This document shows, piece after piece, positions 7,432 to 18,130 of a stretch of 20,000 nucleotides of DNA. The DNA lies in the NCBI RefSeq assembly GCF_000760515.2, contig NW_013546132.1, forward strand, positions 56,448 to 76,447, written 5' to 3'. Below the pieces are notes generated by a model. The model was given only the letters and a program-made list of their open reading frames with translations, was not told the DNA's origin and made no database searches. The position numbers and the translations under genes were made by a program. This stretch comes from Mitosporidium daphniae (taxonomy: Eukaryota). Position 1 is the stretch's first letter. Each line of letters starts with the position of its first letter.

Positions 7432-9730
7432 ATGATTTTTAGGAACGGATCCAGTATTGCCCCCTCGCCGCTATTTGCTTTGTCATCTAAAAGCAACAAT
7501 ATTGCCCTTTCTGAGGTTATTATACTTTGTAAAAATAGTAGCCTGCCTGCTTCTTTATTTCACAAAGCCAGTCCTCGATGCTTGATAATGTTGAAACCGA
7601 AAGTGACGACCAAATGTTAGAAGGCGATTCAAATGTTCCAGAGTGTCCACTAAATCCCTTGCTTAATGAAAGCGAGCCAGAAGAGCTTGTAACCATGCGA
7701 TTTAAAGGCTGTAATGATGCATTGGCATATGTGGACCAAGTCTTCAATGTTCGTATTTGTTGCTTGCCATTTAGAATATTTTCCACGAATATTCAAGCAA
7801 TATTGCCGATCAGGTGCTTTCTTGGCTCTTGGAGCAAGATTCTCCAGGCATCTTTATTGGGCATCTTCTACTAAGTGATATTTTGCTCTTATTCTAGGCA
7901 TTGACACTGTTGATAATAAGGATATTTCTATAAAGCTAAAATCTTTTTCCGAAAAACATTCCGGCCTGAAGGTCGTCTCATTTTCCTATCAAGAAGCATC
8001 CTCGTTAAAGAAAATAATGAAATCCATATGCAGCACCCTTGAAATCCCGAATCAGATGGATATTGGTAGCATTTTGGCCCATTATAAGACGAACTTCCCG
8101 GCTTCAAAGCTCATTTTCCTTGTTGAGGAAATCGATCGGATAGAACATCAAGTTTTGTCAAACTTCCTGGCCTCTTTTCAGTTAATTTTGAGTTCATATC
8201 CATAGAAGTACCAACGGTTGCCATTTGTTGGTATTTACGGGTGTCTTTCCCGGGTTGATCTCTAATTCCCTCTCGCCCTCTCTGTATGGACATATAAGTC
8301 TGAGATGTTGGGGCTGCTCGGATCAACTTGAATTGGTTGATAGTTATATTCTACAGGTTGCTCTGGTTTTTAACGATAGACTCTTGCCAGTCCCAAACAA
8401 ATGATTAGACTCTCCAGTGAAGTTTTCGAGCATGCTTTGCGGCATTTCCAAATGTCATCTTCAACACTTTCTTCTTTACATCGCATTGTAAAGGTAATTA
8501 GCATGTATGTTTTCACTATAGTTTACCATTATGGAAGTTTACCTGACAAACCCACTTAGCGTACTAGCAGGTCCCTCCTTAACCACCGATCCAACCGATT
8601 TTTTTACAAGACTTCACCTTGAATATGTTAGAATGATGCCCTCCTTCAAAAAGTTACCTTAAAACTGTAAATTTGTAGCATCGTTGAGTCGTTACTGGCC
8701 ACGCAGAGTGGCGAGGCATTGGCCCTTTTGGAAGATGACACCATCTTATTGGAGCGCCTTAGGCTTGCAATAAAGACCCAGCATGCCGGGGCCGTTCTTT
8801 TTTCAGCCGCACTTAATATGTTTTACATGATAGCAAGGGGAGTGAATTTGACAACGCCTGGGTTTCTAATCGAATGTTATCTGCAGATTTTAAAACAAGC
8901 ACCGAATGTCTCTGAAATTTTAGACAAGCCACTTGAAGCCTTGAGGTAGGTTCGTACAATTTATTGTTCAGATCTCTTGATTCCGTTTCGCTTGTTTGTC
9001 TTTTGACCTCCATTGTTGATCTTTTGCGATCTACAAACGAGCTGCTTCCATATCACGGATTTAGTTCTTATCATGAACTAAGCTCTATGTTTACGCGATA
9101 TCGAAACGCCCTCTGTGCTGTCGATTTGACCATTCAGGAGAAATCCGCGCCTGAAGCGGTTCGAATGGGACCAGCATTGGATTTGATCCTTCAATTTCTA
9201 AGGAAATTTATTTTGTACCTTGTTGGCATTTGTAATGGAATAGAGACTCTTTAGCATCGCCTCTTTCCTTTGAATTCTTTGAGGCAATCACTCTTACTGA
9301 TACCCTGCCATTGCAAAAAGTTAGCTTCGCTGTATATAACGGCCATAGGCATTTTTTCCAAATCCACGTGCAACCATACAAAGCATACTAACCAATCCGC
9401 ATTTATATCTACTTTGTGGCTGCTGTGATGGCTCTATGAACCCTAAACTTCCTGATATTTCTATCATATTTAAGCTTTACTTAGAGTGTGGGCGGTGGAT
9501 TGGTCTGGAGTCTTGGTTTGAGTCTTTCTGTAATGTACTTGGCTGTGACAGCGTATCCACACAGGACCAGAATTTAAGGTTTGTTTATCAAATTCGTATG
9601 CTTGGTTTCTAGCTTGAGATTTTTGCAGTGTGTAGCGGATCTATTCCACATGGGGTTTATTAAAATGGACCCCAAAAAGGAAAATATGGTGCTGCGGCTT
9701 ATATTTGATGTTCCACAGTTGGGTAGGTAA
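7432..9730 (+). CDS. ORC3: Origin recognition complex subunit 3 (667 aa), 11 introns
   Basis: Removing GT-AG introns 7516-7541, 7749-7774, 7875-7897, 8181-8205, 8357-8379, 8494-8521, 8653-8678, 8946-8971, 9215-9243, 9320-9348 and 9579-9612 leaves a 2004-nt frame. It contains ACFFI, PLLNESEP..V.MR, YLTNPLSVL, RMMPSFK, NPR..IQSILTNPHLYL.C.CC...PDISIIFKLYLECGR.I.L..WFESF and RF.QCVADLFHMGFIK, typical of the ORC3 winged helix. Confidence 0.88.
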
Positions 9731-9746
9731 TAAAATGTAATGATGT

Positions 9747-10658
9747 TTATTTCTGGAAAAGGGAAAAAAACGCGCGATCGCTAACACTGTTGACGGCATA
9801 AAAAAGGCTTTTCTTTTCAGAGTAGAATTGCAGAGACACATTCTCCATGTTGTCGATGATATCGTCAAGCAGATGTGCTCTTCCTGCAACAGCTCCAGCA
9901 TAGCTCATGGAGATATGCGGAACGTGCAAGTGCAGTAAATAAAAAGATGGGAGATAATGGAAATACGGTCTCACTTGGGAGATATCGATGTCATATTTGC
10001 ATGCCAACACTTCCTATCAAAATTTAACATAGTCCACGCCAAATACCTTCAAAATGGATTTCAATTCCTTCAACAAGGCAAGATGCCTGTCGGTAGATAG
10101 GTCGCGTATTGTCCTTAACGATCCATCGGTAAAGAGAACTAACAGATATAGAGATCTACGGTCTTTGCCACACCATTTGCTGTCTGGAAGAATGACAAAC
10201 TCTTCATTTTTGAAAATAATCCTATCCTGCTCACTGGTCCCATTGAGAATATTTTTTATCCAAAGCGGGGGCTGATGCTCAGGCGATGATTCTATGAATG
10301 GCCTTATCTTTGATACATAAAGCTGGGGGGGCTCGCAAACAAGCCTCTCAAAATCTTTTGAAGAGGCAGCCGAAATCTCTCGCTCCGTTGCTGGAAGAGT
10401 GATATCAATTTTCATGTTTGAGCTACTGTAAGAAGACCATCTATCATTGGAATGAATTAACTCTAAAGATGAAGACGTTGGGTCCTCTTGGACCTTTTCT
10501 AGATCTAGTTTTGAGACCGGCTTGGCTTCAATGGATACCAAAGCCTTTGACCCCTCGGATTCGGCGAGAAAGGTGGTTCTCTTTCTGGTGCTATCAAAAG
10601 CCACTTCTTGTAGCCCCGAAAGGCAGGGTAAATATCTGCTGCCATTTTTGCTTTTCAT
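9747..10658 (-). CDS. DCS1: m7GpppX scavenger decapping enzyme DcpS (HIT family), 1 intron
   Basis: NDRWSSY, PATEREI, WIKNILNGTSEQDRII, FVILPDSKW, LYLL, LRTIRDL, YFHYLPSFYLLHLHV and GRAHLLDDIIDN; intron 10014-10046 (33 nt, contains in-frame TGA TAG). Start at MKSKNG assumed. Confidence 0.92.
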
Positions 10659-10766
10659 TTTGGAAAAAATGATGGCGACAACTAGAAAACGGGCAATTAT
10701 AACGCCAACCCTACAATACAAGCGGAAAAATTTTGAGAGATTTTTGCAAAATTCCGGAATTTTTAT

Positions 10767-11318
10767 TTATGTGTCAAGTATAACAAATTGGGACAGTCGC
10801 CGGATATCGATCCAATCTTCTAGTCGAAAAGGGCAATCTGGTCCTTGTAAAATATCGCCACAAGAAAAATGGGTTTGTGGGTGCGAGGATTGGGCATCAG
10901 AATCGCTAGCTATTTGCATGGCCAACCGATCAATGGCCTGTGCTGGCGTAGAACAAGAAACTAGGGAAGTTAAATTGCCCTGGAACGTATCCAAAGGCTC
11001 CGCCTTATTTTGATTGGAATCGAGAAAAATTTCTTTCAAAAACCGAATTTTTTTTGAATGCGAAACTGCTCCTGGTGGAGGAGCAACGCTGTTTTTAATG
11101 GATTTGTTTCTTTCTTTCACGAGGAAGGGGTTGTTCTCCTCATCACCCTCTGAAGCGAATGGAATGTCTGAGACACTGCTTAGTGGCGACAATAACACGT
11201 GCTGAGACTCGTGTGAAATCGAAGGAAAATGTAGGAACGGATCTGGTGCTCCGAAAACATAGGTTACAATGGCCGGTCTTGATTGGCCATTGAACGAATA
11301 ATGCGGGTGTGGACTCAT
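10767..11318 (-). CDS. Hypothetical protein, weak resemblance to calcipressin/RCAN; 5' exons unresolved
   Basis: 183-codon ORF with AATAAA overlapping its stop; H.YSFNG...TYVFG.P..FLHFP...HVLLSPLSSV...EENNP loosely follows the RCAN layout. Confidence 0.45.
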   Translation of the reverse strand: MSPHPHYSFNGQSRPAIVTYVFGAPDPFLHFPSISHESQHVLLSPLSSVSDIPFASEGDEENNPFLVKERNKSIKNSVAPPPGAVSHSKKIRFLKEIFLDSNQNKAEPLDTFQGNLTSLVSCSTPAQAIDRLAMQIASDSDAQSSHPQTHFSCGDILQGPDCPFRLEDWIDIRRLSQFVILDT

Positions 11319-11510
11319 GCTTTCCTATTTTGGAAATGATAACACTACGATCAGTTATGCTTTCATGGGAGGCAGATAAATGATCGGTATAATCTCTGTT
11401 TTCATTAGGACAATCACCAATCAACAACAAAATCAGTATCAAGATGTACATCATAAATCATTAAGACCATGCAAATACATGAAATCCTGAACATTGGGAA
11501 ATAATGCAAT

Positions 11511-11544
11511 TTTCATTTTCATTTCATTTCATTTGATTTCATTC
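11511..11544. repeat. Imperfect (ATTTC)n microsatellite in SPT5 upstream region
   Basis: tttcattttcatttcatttcatttgatttcattc, about 30 nt before the SPT5 ATG. Confidence 0.75.
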
Positions 11545-11571
11545 AATTTAAATTTAATTTTATTCAAGCCC

Positions 11572-14500
11572 ATGCCCCCGTCTCTGGAGGAAGATGAATA
11601 TGAAGAGGAAGTTGACGAGACCATCGACCGCAATGCTCTTGATCAAGACGAAGAGGGCAGTGATGATGAAGACTTTGGATTAGATGATTTGTCCAGCGAT
11701 CCTGAAGAAGAGGAGAAAAACGAAGACCACAGGCGGACAAAGAAGAAGACAAAACGAAATCAGTTTGTTGAGACGGAGGCCCTTGTCGGAGATGATGAGG
11801 AGGACGAAGAAGAGAGTCGATATACACGTAGAAGACGCTCGGGCCGTGCATCCCGTGAAGAAGAGGATGAGGAGGAGGATGATTTTATTGAAGAAGATGA
11901 GAGCGAGCTTCTTGAAGCACAACAGACATATTCCAGGCTACTAGCTGAGCGCAGGGCTCATCCACGGGCCCTTGCAGATGTAGACGACCAAACATTGGCA
12001 AAAGAGGCTGAAGAAGAGACTCAGCGTATCAAGTACGTATGCTTTGCTTCACAATTGACACCCTTTTATTTCGCCATTCCTTTGTCTTAACATTCAGGTC
12101 GCTTTATGGACGCTCTTCAGCAGCAGAAGCTCGAGCAGCAGCAGCAGCAGCAGAGGAGCAGGGATTCCTTCCAGAAACCTTTTTAACGCCAACTGTGCAA
12201 GATCCAAAGCTGTGGATGGTGCGATGCCGCCCCGGTAAAGAGCGTCTGCTTGCCTTCAATATGATGCGTCGCTATTTAACCATGACGGCATCTGCAGACC
12301 TCTCCGCAGAAGCTGTACCTAAAATCTTTTCTGTGGTAGTCAGAGAGCCTCTTTTAAAGGGTTTTATTTATGTGGAGGCCTTTACCAAGCAAGAGGTGCT
12401 CACCTTTTGTGAGCGAATGCCCAATTGTTGGAGCTCTTCTATTACTCTTGTGCCGATCAATGAAATGCCTGAAGTTCTTCGGCCTTCAGAACGATATCAA
12501 TCTTCCACTTCAGGCTCCGGAGCGGCTCATGGGCTCAAGTCTGGTGCTTGGGTTCGCATCAAAAGGGGAAAGTATGCTAATGATCTGGCCCAAGTGCTTG
12601 CTGTTGACGAGGGCGAGGATGGCCTTGCCATCGCTAGACTGCGGCTCTTACCTCGACTCTCATTTGGAAAAGGTGGTGGAGGCCATGGTGCAGCGGTTAC
12701 AGAAAGGCCCTCTGCCCAGCTATTTAACCCGGTTGAAGTAGCCGAGCGGGCCCGTTTATTGGGAATACCAGGCCCCACTCGTTCTTCTACTCCTGGATAT
12801 TGGATGTTCGGTGGAGAATATTTCAAGGATGGGTTTTTAGAGCGGGAAATTAAGGCTACAGGCGTCGAGGTCCAGACTATGCTTCCCACGTTGGATGAGC
12901 TTGAGGTTTTTGGCGGATTCTCTGCGGTTGACGCTGGAAGTGCTACGGATGCAGCCATTCTTTTCATCGAACGTGGTTCAAGCGTCCTTGTGACAGAGGG
13001 CGAATTGCTTGGCCGCAAAGGCATTGTTGAGGATATCATTGATGAAGGGGAAATTGCCCTGGTCTCTTTTGATCAACAAACGACCTTATCAGTTCCCATG
13101 AAAAGCCTTCGTAAGATTTTTCAAATCGGCGATTCTGTCCGAGTGCTCCGCGGTACTTCGGCTGGGACTGTGGGGTTAGTTACTCGAGTTCAAGGCGTGC
13201 GTGTTACTCTCTTTTCGCAAAGCTCAAAGTCAGAGTTTGAGGTTCTTGCTAGAGATCTTGGTCCTTCAGAAGCCTCTAATTCGGAAGACAACATGTATGG
13301 ACGGAGTGGCTCTAAAGCTGCTATTTTCGGGCGCCCTGAAAATATCACATTTGCCATTGAAGAGCTTGTGATGTTGGCTGGCCACGGGCCTGGACTTATT
13401 GTAAAAATTGACACATCCTCCAAAGAGCCGTTCTTCATCATCGATTCTCATTCAATTCTGTGCGAACGGATCAAGGAAACTTCCATTCAGAAACTTCGAC
13501 CCAGCAAGTTTGCAATGGATTCGGTCGGGGCTGTTATAAGCATTGGAGACACCATCCAGATGCTTCATGGTGCTTCACAGGTGAGCGTAAATTTTTTATT
13601 GATGACAGAATTTAACGGGGCGAATCGTCAGTATCTATCGGTCAACAATTTGGGTTGCTCTTGCTCAGCCATTTCCGATCATAGCGGTGCGGGCATCTTC
13701 GGTGATTCTTGCGAATGGCGGTGGAACGAAGATTCTTAATCTACCACCTTCAGCTGCAATGCGGCAGCAGAAGGGGGCGTCTTCCAGACGATTGCGTGGA
13801 CGCACAGTTTTGGTCCGAGAGGGCCCATACAAAGGGCTCACTGCTCTTGTGAAAGAGCTTGAGCATCAGGGCCAAGTCGCTTGGATTGAGTTGCATACTA
13901 ACTCAAAACGAGTCAGTGTACCGGTTTCGGCTTTGAGTGAAGTTGATAGTAAAGGCGATAGTCAGGGACATCCAGGTTCTTATGGCCAACAGAAGGGATT
14001 TTCAACTCCCAGTGGATTCCCAATGGTAGGTTCCAATGCCGGGTTTGCAACACCAGCAGGTCTGGAGCGCTCTGGATGGCGCACACCTGGCGCTGCCAAT
14101 GCCGGCTTTCGAACACCTGGAGGCGCGGGCGGTGGTCAATTTGACCTGGGCTCACGTACTCCCGGCTATTTTGGAGCAACAGCAACCGGGGGAGCAGGAG
14201 GAGGCGATCGTACCCCGGCATATTTTGGCATTGGAGATCGTACTCCCTCTGGATTTGCGATGGGCTCTCGAACCCCCTCTGCAGGTTTCGGGGCAGCAGA
14301 AGGATGGCGCACACCTGCTTCTGGTGGATTTCTTGGTGGCACTGTTGGAGCCCGGAATGCAAATTTAGAAGGCGGAAGCGGTACTCCAACATGGCAGCAA
14401 GGAACAGGTACGCCTACGTGGCAACAAGGTTCGGGTACACCCACATGGCAACAAGGCATGTCGCCCTGGGGAGCAGCTCCCCCTATGTCTGGTGCTGTTT

Positions 14501-14991
14501 CCCCCTGGGGCCGCGGATCAATGCAGTCTAGCCAAGGACATGGAACGCCATCTTCATCCTGGAACTCACATAACTTTTCTGGAGGCGGCGGGATGACTCC
14601 ATTATCTGCCACTCACAGGGTTGATGACAGTAATGATGATGCCAACTTTGAAGCCTCCTGGGCCCGTCCATCTCTACATGTTATGGCATTAATCAATGGA
14701 GTCATGAAGAGTGCCATTGTCACAGGACATTGTTCAGGATCGTTGATACCGATTGAGAGCATTGAGGAGCCAAAGATTGTATCAGAAGTGCCTCCCTCCC
14801 AGCTTAGGCTCCAAAGGCCGGTCAAGAAGGATCGGGTGGTTGTGCTTGCGGGTGATCATCTCAAGACTACTGGAATCCTTGTAGGCATCGATGGCGCTGA
14901 TGCCATTGTGCGTGTTGATGCGCCTTCCTCGCAGAACGCCTCGGGATTTATTATTGTCCCTGCGTTACTTGTCGGCAAGCTTGGCACCTAA
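11572..14991 (+). CDS. SPT5: Transcription elongation factor Spt5, 2 introns
   Basis: Acidic N-terminus (FVETEA.V.DDEEDEE), NGN domain (PTVQDPKLWMVRCRPGKE, KGFIYVEA), KOW motifs (WVRIKRGKYANDLAQV, FQIGDSVRVLRG, GRTVLVREGPYKG), CTR with G.RTP repeats and a C-terminal KOW. Introns 12033-12097 (65 nt) and 13581-13608 (28 nt) join the three ORFs in frame. Confidence 0.95.
14374..14454 (+). repeat. Three 27-nt coding repeats, G[ST]GTPTWQQ, in the Spt5 C-terminal repeat region
   Basis: Nonapeptide repeated three times with divergent synonymous positions. Confidence 0.9.
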
Positions 14992-16072
14992 TGGAAATTA
15001 AAATTTTCGCACTGACGAATGTGTAACTAATTGCGCAAATTTATCACTAAAACATGTGTATCTCGATTCTTATAATGAAATCTTACCACAATCCAGCGAT
15101 TGCTCTGATTTGTTTGGGGTTTATTTCTAAAATGAGGATGCCAACTATTAATGCTGTTTATTGTACCTCTATAGGCCCAAGCTCTTGTGCTTCGACCTCC
15201 ACCCTGGACCAAATGGATGTGAAGGTCCTTCCTCAATTTAAATCGAGTTTTCGGAATGTAATTTATGAACGTGTAAGCCCGAAAATGAATGCTTAATTTT
15301 GATCTGTTTCTTGACGAAAGCGGCTTAGAGGTATGGATTTTAAATGTCTGCGACTCCTAACAAGATCTTGAGCGCTTTGGATGCCATATCACACAGAGTC
15401 TTTGGGCAGACCAGGGGATTAATTACCTCGGTAAAAAGTTGTGTGCTCTCATTGAAGCCATTTACAAATGTCACCATGTTGGCACAAAGATCTGTGAAGC
15501 TGTCCCGTTTAACACAGAAATAGCATTGCATTATTTAACACACTCAACAAACTATGAAAATGGCATGAAGAATCTCTGGGGGATAAAAAGAAACTCCTCT
15601 TGCCTTGCTAGCTTCATTTGTGGAGCGCTAATTGATATCGATAAATTTGAGCCCCATACCTTTCCAAGTACGATCTTCAAAACATCTTGATGCCATGTAC
15701 ACCATTCACAGCAGCTAAATATCGGTGCTGCATGCGGTTAGTGAATACGGATTTCCAAATCTTTACACGACTTTAGTTTCTTGGAAAATATTACCTTTAA
15801 CTAAAGGCAGGCTTCAGTATAGCAGTTCAAAGTCTCGTAGAATGCTGCCTAAACGACACGTCCATACAAAAAGCATGAAATTTATTGGCCAAATCCAACA
15901 ACTTTGTAGCAGAAGCAAACAATTGCACCCTAGCTGTTCTCCCGTGTAAATGGCATCAGCCGATGAATGCCACCAGTTGGGCAATAAATTTTAATGAACG
16001 AAATTTTTGGATTGCTGTTTGTGTTTCTTGTTAATTTTCGTTACATTTGCAATTGTTTAAAATCAATCTGTC

Positions 16073-16758
16073 ATGACCAAGGTAAAAGAGACCCCCAGCT
16101 CCGACGTCGCAAGTAGCATAGCGCTGACCATTTCTAGTTTCAAGCGCATGAATATGCGCCAGGTTTTCAAGTCTCCACTAAAATGTAGACGCTTAACCAA
16201 ATTTTCATCATTTTCTCGATTATCTCGACTGCCCTTATGGTGTGGAAGAGCCTAGCTTATTGGACCAACTGCGAGTCCCCAATTGTGGTGGTGCTTTCGT
16301 AAGTCTTAATTTATTCAATTTTAGGGAGAGTATGTCTCCTGCATTTGAGCGTGGCGATATCCTTTTCCTTGCGCGCGGATCTACTCCCATCAGTGCGGGA
16401 GATATCTGCGTTTTCAAACTTTCAGATAGAGAAATCCCAATCGTACATCGAGCGATCCGTGTACATCGCGAGGTCGAAAGCAGGCATTGATTGTGTTCGC
16501 TTATGATGATAGCAAATTTTTTGTCCTCACAAAAGGCGATAACAACCGCGTACATGATCGCTCCCTCTACTCTTCGGGTCAAGAATGGCTAATGGAGGGC
16601 GATGTGATTGGCCGTGTATATGGGTTGGCTCTTGGCTATCTTATACTAGATATGTACCATATGTAGGCATGATCACGATTATTATGACGGATAATCCCAT
16701 TCTTAAATACGCCCTTCTTGCAGTTCTTGCCGGGCTTGTGCTGATCAGCCGCGAATAG
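16073..16758 (+). CDS. SEC11: Signal peptidase complex catalytic subunit Sec11, 4 introns
   Basis: RMNMRQ|TLNQ..ALMVWK..TNCESPIVVVLS|ESMSPAFERGD, REIPIVHR, LTKGDNN..DRSLY and G|YVPYVGMITIIM..RE* after removing 16163-16188, 16299-16324, 16484-16512 (GC-AG) and 16624-16649. Confidence 0.95.
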
Positions 16759-16888
16759 CCAATCCATCCACTTGGTTATAAATCCTTTTCAAATTTCAGG
16801 CCCTTTATTGTCATAGTTTTAGCATCTGTTTTTGGTTGAGAAACAGAATAACTCACTCGGGTCACTAGCAGGCTTCAGGCGCTTGTTG

Positions 16889-18100
16889 TTAAATCGCGGT
16901 TTCCTGGGAGGTCATGGTAGCATGCTCATGTTGGAGCATCTTGGAAACCTCGGAGATATCAATGGAAAGCGTTATTAGCGGAGTCCCTGAATCTGTGTCT
17001 AAAAGACAGGACTTTACATATAGACAATCCAATGGGACGTTTAAAAATTTCGAAAGAAATGAGGTAGGTGTTAACTCTGCCTGTAGTTGTTGAAGAAAAG
17101 CCTGCGAACACGGCAAATATGCAATCCACCCTGCCACACTTACAGCATATCCTTGTGCCCCACTGGAGAAGCCCACGATTTTCCCCCTAACCCGAAGCTT
17201 TGAATTATCCGTTTGCAACGACGATTGGGTAGAATTCAAAGTTTCGGCAGAAGAAGGACAAGATGTGGAGGTTGCCGTAGCTTCTAAATCATTATTGGTG
17301 TTCGGCAATCGATCCGGCATAGCATTTGCTGCAATAGATGCACATAGCAACGGTCCATGAAGTGATTTTGGAGGCTGGTGGATAGAATACTTTTTTGCAG
17401 CTGGAGGCTCTCGAACGGTTGACGATAACTTGAATATTTCCTCTCGTGAGACGGTTCTCGATACTTTATCTTCCCATGTACGACGTGCTTTTTGTGAGAG
17501 CTGATATAGAAGGGCGTCCAAATCATTTTCGGTTCGATTTTCAAGCAATAAGCTATTCGCATGCAAGTCTGGAGATGACGAGGTGGTGGGTTTCGATTTT
17601 CTTTTTACATGAGTGATGCCAATCGTTATCGAGAGCGATTCTAAAAACTTGTACCGCAAGTAATCTGCGGTTCTGTCGACATAATCAATTTCACCGAACG
17701 GAGCATCAAAGAAAAAGGACTTTCCATCTACAGATTCCTTCAAGGAAATCGCAATTTCGGATTTTTTTTGGGTCTTCTCAGGGATACAGGATATGGTCCC
17801 AAATAAATGTTTCCCGTGAATAGAAGGGATGGGTCTTTTCAGGAAAGAGGCGTATGGAAGAAATCCCTTGCTCTTATCGATGATAATCATTTGATTTGCC
17901 TCTGGCGAAAGTTTACCAAAAGCAGATCGGGCAAAAAGATCGGCGAAATTATCCTGAGGATATGAGCTAAATGCCCTAGAGGAAAAAGAAAATTTTGATG
18001 AGTTCAAGCTTGTAGAGCCCAAGAATGTGAAACTTTGATACCTGGCTCTGTATTGGGAAACGGGGCCCCTTATTAATGGAAGATGTTCAATACCTGACAT
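16889..18100 (-). CDS. Probable mitochondrial small-subunit ribosomal protein bS1m (Mrp51-like, S1 domain)
   Basis: Presequence-like N-terminus (..SRAFSSY), FADLFARSAFGKL, FLKRPIP (cf. fungal Mrp51 LKRPLP) and an S1-type VRGKIVG...GYAVSVAGWIAYLP.SQ near the C-terminus. Confidence 0.6.
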   Translation of the reverse strand: MSGIEHLPLIRGPVSQYRARYQSFTFLGSTSLNSSKFSFSSRAFSSYPQDNFADLFARSAFGKLSPEANQMIIIDKSKGFLPYASFLKRPIPSIHGKHLFGTISCIPEKTQKKSEIAISLKESVDGKSFFFDAPFGEIDYVDRTADYLRYKFLESLSITIGITHVKRKSKPTTSSSPDLHANSLLLENRTENDLDALLYQLSQKARRTWEDKVSRTVSREEIFKLSSTVREPPAAKKYSIHQPPKSLHGPLLCASIAANAMPDRLPNTNNDLEATATSTSCPSSAETLNSTQSSLQTDNSKLRVRGKIVGFSSGAQGYAVSVAGWIAYLPCSQAFLQQLQAELTPTSFLSKFLNVPLDCLYVKSCLLDTDSGTPLITLSIDISEVSKMLQHEHATMTSQETAI

Positions 18101-18130
18101 TAATTAAAAAATTGAACTCCCAATTTATTT

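Noticed and set aside
12118..12152. (GCA)n microsatellite
   Set aside because: Short coding poly-Ala tract within SPT5; unremarkable.
12527..14825. Long antisense and alternate-frame ORFs over SPT5 (also 10522-11013, 6587-6985, 18252-18824)
   Set aside because: Shadow ORFs of neighbouring coding frames, with no motifs of their own.
16112..16136. Extra intron in SEC11 exon 1 (gtagc...gctgac...ctag)
   Set aside because: Removing 25 nt frameshifts; the unspliced sequence SIALTISSFKRMNMRQ fits Sec11 N-termini.
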